A stretch of DNA of 34,985 nt, taken from assembly GCA_043812415.1 (NCBI GenBank), contig JBDRMF010000015.1, positions 1 to 34,985 on the forward strand, given 5' to 3'. This DNA comes from Patescibacteria group bacterium. GTDB lineage: Bacteria; Patescibacteriota; Minisyncoccia; Phycocordibacterales; UBA12079. The notes beneath the pieces are model-generated. The model ran no database searches, had not been told where the DNA came from, and worked only from the letters and a program-made list of their open reading frames with translations. Positions 9,223 to 16,471 of this stretch are shown here, piece by piece (the stretch's first letter is position 1; every line of letters starts with the position of its first letter). A program made the translations under genes and the position numbers.

Positions 9223-9342
9223 ATGTGGGAAAAAATTTTTATTATATTTTTAATTATTTTCGCTATTTTATTGTATGCGACAACTGTGCATATAAAAAAT
9301 ACTTTTGAGGACCCTTTAATCCAAGAGAATTTGAATATTTAA
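9223..9342 (+). CDS. conserved 39-aa hydrophobic micro-protein, copy A (absent from the ORF track)
   Basis: ATG at 9223, TAA at 9340-9342. It encodes MWEKIFIIFLIIFAILLYATTVHIKNTFEDPLIQENLNI. The ORF at 32455-32574 has the same length and frame and is 26/39 identical, with many synonymous nucleotide differences. Confidence 0.55.
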   Translation: MWEKIFIIFLIIFAILLYATTVHIKNTFEDPLIQENLNI

Positions 9343-9422
9343 TTTGTTATTTGTCGGAAGTCAAAAATTAAATAAATTTACAGGTATTAAATACTTCACT
9401 TGTTATAAAAATTCGCTTAAAA

Positions 9423-9555
9423 CGCAATTTTGGGCTTCGTTATGTGGCTTAAAACAACGGCTTTGTCGTATTAAGCAAAATTTGATTTTGAAGGCGAAAA
9501 TCAAAGGGGATAGGAGTTTAATCTTGCCTATGTCGCAAAAGGTATATTGTGCGAC
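9423..9555. other. conserved non-coding box pair (candidate sRNA or regulatory element), copy A
   Basis: Box A CGCAATTTTGGGCTTCGTT (9423-9441) and box B ATGTCGCAAAAGGTATATTGTGCGAC (9530-9555, hairpin GTCGCA/TGCGAC) are identical to 32676-32694 and 32762-32787. The flanking intergenic DNA is not alignable. Confidence 0.35.
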
Positions 9556-9635
9556 ATAGTATTATACTCGCCAACCGTCTCCCTGCTCACCCGAAAACCG
9601 ACTTGGATGTTGGACATCCGACAAGTTGCGTTAAT

Positions 9636-10061
9636 CTAAATCCCCTTGCAATTGGCGGCGGGGGTATAACCTGCAGTCTCGGCTTCTTCTTTTGTATCAA
9701 ACCAAATTTGATTTTCTATTTTTATTCTCTGTGCGCCTGAACACCACGGCGCGTGATATTTATTGCCATTTTTTGACACAACATATTTTCCGCCATTTTC
9801 GGGAGGTTGAACACTGCGAGATTTTTCCGCGCCGTTTTCCAAGTCCGACTCCCCTGTTTTTGCCGTCGTGGAAATATTCGCCACATTAACTTCTTGGATT
9901 GAAATGGGAATTTTATTTTCTTCTGTCTTGGACAATCTCCCTAATCCGAATGAAGAAAAAGCCGTCAAAAGAATAATCAGGGTGGTGAAAATTATTTGGT
10001 TGTCAATCAATCTCGCCCCCGCTTCCTTGATTTTATTTAGTTTTTCCTTTATACTTTGCAT
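9636..10061 (-). CDS. membrane-anchored protein with C-terminal Ada-like Cys/His domain, copy A
   Basis: 141 aa with an N-terminal TM helix. The C-terminal KYHAPWCSGAQRIKIENQIWFDTKEEAETAGYTPAANCKG resembles the Ada-type metal-binding pattern (YC.P.C...N..FF...EA..AGFRPC..C), with H/C/C retained. Confidence 0.55.
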   Translation of the reverse strand: MQSIKEKLNKIKEAGARLIDNQIIFTTLIILLTAFSSFGLGRLSKTEENKIPISIQEVNVANISTTAKTGESDLENGAEKSRSVQPPENGGKYVVSKNGNKYHAPWCSGAQRIKIENQIWFDTKEEAETAGYTPAANCKGI

Positions 10062-10065
10062 AGTT

Positions 10066-10083
10066 TTGATATAAAAATATCAA
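10066..10083. promoter_or_regulatory. conserved palindrome TTGATAT-N4-ATATCAA at the Ada-like gene start (copy A)
   Basis: Inverted repeat 4 nt upstream of the minus-strand ATG (10061). Copy B has TTTGATATT-N4-AATATCAAA at 33912-33933, 2 nt from its ATG. Confidence 0.4.
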
Positions 10084-10209
10084 TACTATTTTAACAAAAT
10101 TAATTGGCAAATGGTAGTTTGTAGAAAAATTGGCTTCGCCAATTTTCCCCCCTTACAGCTAAAACCTGCCAGCTGGCAGGGCTAACTTCCTATAAGCTAA
10201 ACAACAATT

Positions 10210-10482
10210 ATGTCACATAAAAAAGCCGGTGGATCGGCAAAAAATTTAAGAGATTCAGGTCCGCAGTATTTGGGGACCAAATTATATGACGGACAACCAG
10301 CAAAAGTCGGTTCTATTTTGGTGCGTCAAAGAGGAACAAAAATATTGGCTGGAAAAAATGTTAGAGTTGGAAAAGACCACACTCTTTTTGCCGTCAAAAC
10401 AGGGACGGTGAAATTTACCGAAAAAAGGAAGGTGGGTTTTACCGGGTCATTTAAACGAAGAAAAATGGCAAGTGTTGTTTAA
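10210..10482 (+). CDS. rpmA: 50S ribosomal protein L27, copy A
   Basis: 90 aa with the L27 signatures [18 protein letters not shown] and GKDHTLFA. Confidence 0.93.
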
Positions 10483-10497
10483 ACTATTTTTCGCTCT

Positions 10498-10956
10498 CTA
10501 TTTTTGATTTTTCCCGTCAGCCATTATATTCAAACTCAAATCAACCACTTTTTCCCCCGCCTGAAATTGTATTTTATACTCCCCTATTTCTTTGATTGGT
10601 TTTTCCAATTTTATCATATCCGAATTTATTTCCAAACCGGTTTTTTCTTGAAGAGCTTTTGAAATTTCCTCCGTATCAATACCGGCGAATAATTTTCCTT
10701 CTTCGTTGGCCTTTGTAATCATTTCAATTTTTGCGTCTTTAATCTTGTTGACCATTTCCAGTAATTTAACATTACCAACTATTTTTTCTTCCTCGCTTTT
10801 TTTCTTTATTTCCTCCAATTCTTTAACCGCTTGATTGGTCGCTATCCGCGCTTGTTTTTTGGGAAACAAAAAATTTAGCGCATATCCATTTGACACTTCT
10901 TTGACATCAAATTTTTTGCCAATCTTGGCCACATCTTGTAATAATATAATTTTCAT
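10498..10956 (-). CDS. rplI: 50S ribosomal protein L9, copy A
   Basis: 152 aa with the L9 N-terminal domain MKIILLQDVAKIGKKFDVKEVSNGYALNFLFPKK, a long charged linker helix and a C-terminal domain. Confidence 0.9.
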   Translation of the reverse strand: MKIILLQDVAKIGKKFDVKEVSNGYALNFLFPKKQARIATNQAVKELEEIKKKSEEEKIVGNVKLLEMVNKIKDAKIEMITKANEEGKLFAGIDTEEISKALQEKTGLEINSDMIKLEKPIKEIGEYKIQFQAGEKVVDLSLNIMADGKNQK

Positions 10957-11130
10957 ACCTTAACTTTATTATAAAATGTGAAATTTTGCAAGAAAAGAGC
11001 CAAGTTTGCGAACAACAAACTTGGCTCTGTGAACTTTGGGGGAATTTGCTCCCTAAATCAAAACTCCATTTTGATCGGGCGAACATTTTGAAAAAATGTT
11101 TTAGCCCGCAAATTCCTCGATAATACAGAT

Positions 11131-11274
11131 TTATTCTTCCTTTTTTTGTCGCAGAAATAATGACGACACAATTATATCAATCCCTGAAAAAGCGTATTTT
11201 GATAAGTAAAGAACGCCCCAAGTTAATAAGGCGCCCACCGCCACCATAACTAAAATACTTATAATGATTTCCAT
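11131..11274 (-). CDS. possible 47-aa membrane micro-protein (hypothetical)
   Basis: The minus-strand ORF MEIIISILVMVAVGALLTWGVLYLSKYAFSGIDIIVSSLFLRQKKEE is preceded by GGGGAGAA directly upstream of the ATG. No second copy exists for comparison. Confidence 0.3.
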   Translation of the reverse strand: MEIIISILVMVAVGALLTWGVLYLSKYAFSGIDIIVSSLFLRQKKEE

Positions 11275-11455
11275 TTCTCCCCCTGTTTTTTAATCTGTAT
11301 TATTTATCCCATTAGATTTATTTCCAATGAGATTTATTTCTAAGAACCACCTATTTTCTGTGGTTATAATATAACATCGCTTTGCATTTGTCAAGCATTT
11401 TTGACCAAAAAATCAATTTTCTTTTTTGACCTCCAAAATATGACTTAAAACAATA

Positions 11456-11868
11456 CACTTGGAGGTAAGACCTCCAAGTGGATATCGCTCTATTTTGTCT
11501 ACTTGGAAGTTGAACTTCCAAGTGGGAAGTCCAACTTCGGTGGTAGTTCAGAAGTCCGACTTCGCAGATGGTAAAACCGCGCGCAGTGGCTAAAGTCTTT
11601 CTTCAAACCAGTTCAGAAGTCGGACTTCGTCCCCCTCGCGAAGACAAGAAACTGGATTGCTTCGCTTCGCTCGCGAAAACAACGAATTTTGGCGGAGCCA
11701 AAATTCGTCATTAAACATTCAAGCATTAAGCATTCAATCAAAATTTTAAATTCAAAATTTGTTTGGTCTGGATTATTTGACCACCCGTAGGTGTGGCTTC
11801 GTCGCTTTGCTACGCCACACTCCTCGCAAAGACAAACGAAAATGGACGATTGGCAAAGCCAATCGTCC
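11456..11868. repeat. cluster of short perfect hairpins and modular intergenic repeats
   Basis: Hairpins:
- 11456-11480: CACTTGGAGGT/ACCTCCAAGTG.
- 11501-11523: ACTTGGAAGTT/AACTTCCAAGT.
- 11551-11563 and 11616-11628: GAAGTC(C/G)GACTTC, each inside a 20-nt direct repeat.
- 11682-11708: ACGAATTTTGGC/GCCAAAATTCGT.
- 11844-11868: GGACGATTGGC/GCCAATCGTCC.

The module at 11796-11833 recurs at 18441-18479. Confidence 0.8.
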
Positions 11869-11989
11869 GCCCCTATTTTTATATTTTTTATATTTATCTT
11901 GAATTGAGTTTTATGTACACAAAAAAAGCGGTCGCTTTTTTTGTGTATTGTTTGTGTTCATACTTTTTGTATATTTAAGGATAAACGAA

Positions 11990-12023
11990 AAGGCTGAAAA
12001 GGCGGGGCGCTTCGCGCCCCGCC
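11990..12023 (-). terminator. rho-independent terminator of the S41 protease gene
   Basis: GC-rich 10-bp stem GGCGGGGCGC/GCGCCCCGCC (12001-12023). On the minus strand it is followed by TTTTCAGCCTTTTCG. It lies 60 nt downstream of the minus-strand stop at 12083. Confidence 0.65.
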
Positions 12024-12082
12024 TACAAGTGGTCAAACAACCTGCCTACTGGCAGACTTTATAAACTTTTAACTATTTTGGT

Positions 12083-13306
12083 TTACATTTCATTCAACAC
12101 TTCCATCGCTTTATCAATTTGCGGGTCGCCACCCTCTTTTAAATATTCCGTATCTTCTTCCGTTATGTCAATTTCCACATCCGGTTCAAGACCGTTTTGC
12201 GAAATTGAATTGCCATTGGGTGTGAGCCAACGCGCTACGGTTACTTTGAGCGATGTTTCCGGCGTAATTTTTACAAGTTCTTGAACAGACCCTTTTCCAA
12301 AAGTTTTTGTTCCCACTAAAGTCGCCTTGCCATATTCGCTCAAGGCTCCAGCCAAAATTTCAGAAGCCGATGCTGACCCGCCGTTTACCAAGATAACCAT
12401 TTTGAGACTGTCGTTAAAAATATCATAGCCCTTGCTTTGATGAATCTTGTTTGTTTGATTGCCACCGTAATCTTCCGTTACCACAATTTTTCCCATAGGC
12501 AAAAACCAACTCGCGATATCATTAGCGGCTTCCAAATACCCGCCCGGATTACCTCGCAAATCAACAATTAATTTATTGGTATTGCTGTCAATGAATTCTC
12601 GCAAAGCGTCTCTGAATAAATTCGGCGAGACTGCCGTAAAACTGTATAAATGAATAATGAAGACATCTTCTTTTTTTTCTGTATTTATAGTGGGAATATC
12701 AATTGTGTCCCTCACTACGGATATTTTAAAATTTTCCGGCGTATTTTTTCGGCTCACTAAAAACACCACTTCAGTCCCCTTTTCTCCGCGAATAAGCTGC
12801 ACCGCCTCGCTGGTGTCCATCTTAAAAGTGGACACGCCATCAATTTCTAAAATTTTATCTTGAGGTTGAATACCTGCTCTCTCGGCCGGTGTGCCTTTCA
12901 AAGGAGCAATCACAGTCAAAATATTATCTCTTATTCCAATCTCCATTCCGACACCTTCAAAATTTCCTTGAATATCATCTTCAAAAATTGCAGCTTCCGA
13001 GGGTGGAAGGAAAATAGTATAAGGGTCTTTTAAAGAATTTGCCAAACCTTGAATAGCCCCCCACACTTTGGCTTGCGTTTCGGTTTTTTCATCCCCGACA
13101 AATTTTTCATCCAAGATTTTCCACGATTTCCAAAAGATGTCAAAATCAACCATCTCTGGTTTGCCTGTTTCTTTATTCACAATATTACCTAAATCATTTC
13201 TCGTGTCTTCATATTTTATGCCGGACATAAAACCGCCGGCAACAAGAACAACAACGGAGATTGTCAGCAAAATATTTTTTATTTTTTTCTCTTTAATATT
13301 TTTCAT
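12083..13306 (-). CDS. S41 family C-terminal processing peptidase
   Basis: 407 aa with an N-terminal TM anchor, a PDZ-like segment (GMEIG...PAERAGIQPQDKILEIDG) and S41 core blocks RGNPGGYL, GGSASASEI and TFGKGSVQ. Confidence 0.9.
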   Translation of the reverse strand: MKNIKEKKIKNILLTISVVVLVAGGFMSGIKYEDTRNDLGNIVNKETGKPEMVDFDIFWKSWKILDEKFVGDEKTETQAKVWGAIQGLANSLKDPYTIFLPPSEAAIFEDDIQGNFEGVGMEIGIRDNILTVIAPLKGTPAERAGIQPQDKILEIDGVSTFKMDTSEAVQLIRGEKGTEVVFLVSRKNTPENFKISVVRDTIDIPTINTEKKEDVFIIHLYSFTAVSPNLFRDALREFIDSNTNKLIVDLRGNPGGYLEAANDIASWFLPMGKIVVTEDYGGNQTNKIHQSKGYDIFNDSLKMVILVNGGSASASEILAGALSEYGKATLVGTKTFGKGSVQELVKITPETSLKVTVARWLTPNGNSISQNGLEPDVEIDITEEDTEYLKEGGDPQIDKAMEVLNEM

Positions 13307-13540
13307 ATATATTTTAAATTTATATATTTCAAATTATAGCATATATAAATTATATGTGAAATTTGCGTAACGCAGACGCAAATGCCCGCTGATTTTAGGG
13401 GCTGTGTTCAAGCTACTAAACATAATTGACAGTTAATTAGTTCTAATCTCGACCTTTGTATTTGGGTTTTGTTGTCTTTTAATTTAATATAAGTATGTTA
13501 AAATTATAAACAAATATTATCATTTTAATATAATCATTTT

Positions 13541-14464
13541 ATGCTTAAAAAATATACATCTCAAAATATTACTTGGATTGATTTGGAAAAACCGACTGAA
13601 AGCGAAGCGCGGTCTTTGGCGATACAATATAAACTGCATCCATTAGTTGCCAATGAACTTTTGTCGCCGACTTTTAAACCCAAGGTGGATTTGCATAAAA
13701 ATTTTATTTATCTGATTTTACATTTTCCGACTTTTAAACAAACGGAAGGTATAGTTGAAAACCATAACAGAGAAATTGATTTTATTATCGGAAAAGATTT
13801 TTTGATTACCGCCAGATACGACTCATTCGCGCCTTTGGAAAATTTTTTAAAAATATTTGAAGTAAATACTATTTTAAATGGCGGAAACGGCAAGATTGAA
13901 CATGCCGGCTTTCTCTTCTTTCATATTGTTCAACAATTATATAAAACTTTAACCAATGAACTTGAATATGTAGAAGATTCACAAGAAGAAATTGAAAAAG
14001 GTATTTTTAACGGCAATGAAAAACAAATGGTAAAAGAAATTTCAAGGGTGAGTCATAATTTGCTTGATTTTAAACAAGCGACGAGTCATCACAGAGAAAT
14101 TTTGGATTCTTTGGAATTGGCTGGAACAAGTTTTTTTGGAAAAGATTTTTCTTTTTATTTAAAAAATATAAACGACAAATATCGCAAAGTGTCTCATATC
14201 ATAAAAACCAATCAAGAAAATTTAAGAGAATTGCGAGACACAAATAATTCTCTTTTGTCCACCAATCAAAACGAAACGATGAAAGTTTTCACGATTTTGG
14301 CTTTTGTCACTTTCCCCTTGTCGTTGTTGGCATCCATTTTTGGTATGAACACGGTCTCAACGCCAGTTCTCGGAATGCCAAATGATTTTTGGTGGATTAT
14401 AGGTGGAATGCTAACCGCCACCGGATTGATGTTTGGTTTTTTCAAATATAAAAAATGGTTTTAA
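13541..14464 (+). CDS. corA: CorA-family magnesium/cobalt transporter
   Basis: 307 aa with two C-terminal TM helices and the GMN signature (SIFGMNT). TATAAT at 13529-13534 ends 6 nt before the ATG. Confidence 0.88.
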   Translation: MLKKYTSQNITWIDLEKPTESEARSLAIQYKLHPLVANELLSPTFKPKVDLHKNFIYLILHFPTFKQTEGIVENHNREIDFIIGKDFLITARYDSFAPLENFLKIFEVNTILNGGNGKIEHAGFLFFHIVQQLYKTLTNELEYVEDSQEEIEKGIFNGNEKQMVKEISRVSHNLLDFKQATSHHREILDSLELAGTSFFGKDFSFYLKNINDKYRKVSHIIKTNQENLRELRDTNNSLLSTNQNETMKVFTILAFVTFPLSLLASIFGMNTVSTPVLGMPNDFWWIIGGMLTATGLMFGFFKYKKWF

Positions 14465-15906
14465 AAATATATAATACGCTCACGCATCAAAAAGAAGAAT
14501 TTACAGCTTTGAAAACTGGCAAAGTTTCTTTTTATTATTGCGGCCCTACCGTTTATTGGAGACAACATATAGGCGGTTTGCGGGGAGCTGTGTGCGCCGA
14601 TATTGTTCGCCGTTCTTTTGAATATTTGGGCTATGCGGTGAATTTTGTTTCCAATTATACGGATGTAGGGCATTTAACTTCCGATGAGGACAGTGGTGAA
14701 GACAAAATGGAAAAAGGCGCCAAACGCGAAGGTAAAACACCTCAAGAAATTGCCACCAAATATATTGCTTTGTTTGAAGAAGATTCAAAGGTCTTGAATA
14801 TTTTACCACCCACACGGAGATGTCGCGCCACTGCTTATATTCCGGAAATGATTGCGATGGCGCAAAGTTTGCTTGAGAAAGATTTTGCTTATGCGACTGA
14901 TTTGGCGATTTATTTTGATGTGTCCAAAGCGAAAAATTATACTCAATTATCTGGACAAAAAATTGAAGAACAAATTGCCGGCGCGGGCGGAGGCAATATT
15001 GAAGACAAACAAAAAAAACATCCGGCGGATTTCGCTTTGTGGTTTTTTAAAGCTGGCTCGCACAAAAACGCTTTACAATTTTGGCAATCCCCTTTCCAAT
15101 CGCCCTTGGTTCAAAACGGCGAAGGATTTCCGGGCTGGCATATTGAGTGCTCCGCAATGGCAAAAAAATATTTGGGTGATACGCTGGACGCACATATGGG
15201 CGGGATAGAACATATTTCAGTTCATCATACGAATGAAATCGCACAAAGCGAATCAGCGAATGGAGTGAAATTTGTCAATTTTTGGTTGCATAACGAGCAT
15301 TTGGTTTTTAATGGAGAAAAAATGTCAAAATCTTTGAGGAATGTGGTTGTTTTGGACGACCTGCGAGACAAAAAATATAATCCGTTAGCATTGAGATTTT
15401 TATTTTTGCAAGCGCATTACCGTTCCAAACAAAATTTTTCATGGGAAGCATTGGGATCTGCGCAAAATGGTTTGGATAATTTATATAAGCAAATTGGAAA
15501 TTTGGGCGACATTGTCGGTGAAATTTCAACAGAATACAAACAAGCATTTACGGAAAAATTAAGCGATGATTTTAATACTCCGCAAGCTGTGGTTGTTTTG
15601 CAAAAATTATTAAAATCCGAATTGCCGGGTAAAGACAAGTTGGCGACTGTTTTGGATTTTGACAAAGTGTTGGGTCTCAATTTGAAAAATAGCGGACAAC
15701 AACTGCAACAAGAATTGAATTTTGAAGAATTGCCGTCAGAAATTCAAAATTTGATAAAAGAAAGAGAAACCACCCGCCAAGAAAAAGATTGGAACAAAGC
15801 CGACAAAATCCGCGAGGAACTTCAAAAGAAAAATTATTTTATCAAAGACACCGATTTTGGAACGCAAATTTTTAGGATGAAAAATCTCGTCTCTGCGAGC
15901 GTTTAG
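14455..15906 (+). CDS. cysS: cysteinyl-tRNA synthetase
   Basis: 483 aa. N-terminal KIYNTLT...YYCGPTVY with a HIGH-like HIGG, plus WHIECS and KMSKSL (KMSKS). It overlaps the corA end by 10 nt. Confidence 0.92.
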   Translation: MVLKIYNTLTHQKEEFTALKTGKVSFYYCGPTVYWRQHIGGLRGAVCADIVRRSFEYLGYAVNFVSNYTDVGHLTSDEDSGEDKMEKGAKREGKTPQEIATKYIALFEEDSKVLNILPPTRRCRATAYIPEMIAMAQSLLEKDFAYATDLAIYFDVSKAKNYTQLSGQKIEEQIAGAGGGNIEDKQKKHPADFALWFFKAGSHKNALQFWQSPFQSPLVQNGEGFPGWHIECSAMAKKYLGDTLDAHMGGIEHISVHHTNEIAQSESANGVKFVNFWLHNEHLVFNGEKMSKSLRNVVVLDDLRDKKYNPLALRFLFLQAHYRSKQNFSWEALGSAQNGLDNLYKQIGNLGDIVGEISTEYKQAFTEKLSDDFNTPQAVVVLQKLLKSELPGKDKLATVLDFDKVLGLNLKNSGQQLQQELNFEELPSEIQNLIKERETTRQEKDWNKADKIREELQKKNYFIKDTDFGTQIFRMKNLVSASV

Positions 15907-16224
15907 CGAAGCAACTGGCCTGCCGCGGTGTAGGCAGATTGCTTCGTCGCTCCCCGAGGTCGCTTTTCACCCCATTAAATAAGTTTATTTTGAAAAAATA
16001 AAATTAAAATTTGGCAAAAAGAAAAGCCAAATTTTATTTAATGGGGCGAGCAGAGACGGAATGGACGGAGGTGCGATGTCCATCATCTTCGCCACCGCAC
16101 CACTGCGCGCGAGAAATTATTAACACTATTTTCATTATTTATTATTTATTATTTATTATTTCATTAATTTATTATTTACATTCGTAGGAAAATAAGACAC
16201 CTATGAGATTAATACCTAAACCCA

Positions 16225-16272
16225 TCGTAAAACCATTATGTTATTATGCATAATAACATAATGGTTTTACGA
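16225..16272. repeat. 48-nt perfect palindrome
   Basis: Every position from 16225 to 16272 pairs with its mirror position (checked base by base, centre TGCA at 16247-16250). It is flanked by ATTATTT-type repeats (16133-16178) and TTTATTT/TTTGTTT-type repeats (16287-16370). Confidence 0.9.
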
Positions 16273-16471
16273 AAAGTTTATTCAATTTTATTTGTTTGTT
16301 TTATTTATTTATTTATTTATTTGTTTATTTGTTTTATTTATTTTATTTTATTTTGTTTATTTATTTTATTCAACAATTTATTAAAGTATCCATTTAATGC
16401 TCCAATAAATTATTGCGCAATTGGAACACTTAATAATTTTAAAAACCTTGAATTTCCGCCTAAATTAGAAT

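Noticed and set aside
9344-9740. ORFs 9344-9559 and 9549-9740 downstream of the micro-ORF.
   Set aside because: There are no counterpart ORFs at the equivalent position in block B. Conservation is confined to two short nucleotide boxes rather than a reading frame, and the second ORF overlaps the Ada-like gene on the opposite strand.
11456-11868. Possible CRISPR array among the clustered hairpins.
   Set aside because: The repeats belong to several different families and are not identical. They are irregularly spaced, each is itself a perfect hairpin, and there are no cas genes. This is REP/MITE-like intergenic DNA.
13307-13540. Possible Mg2+ (M-box) riboswitch upstream of corA.
   Set aside because: The spacer is short and extremely AT-rich. 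It has only one small hairpin (ATTTGCGT/ACGCAAAT at 13361-13383) and none of the multi-helix conserved core. A TATAAT 6 nt from the ATG suggests almost no leader.
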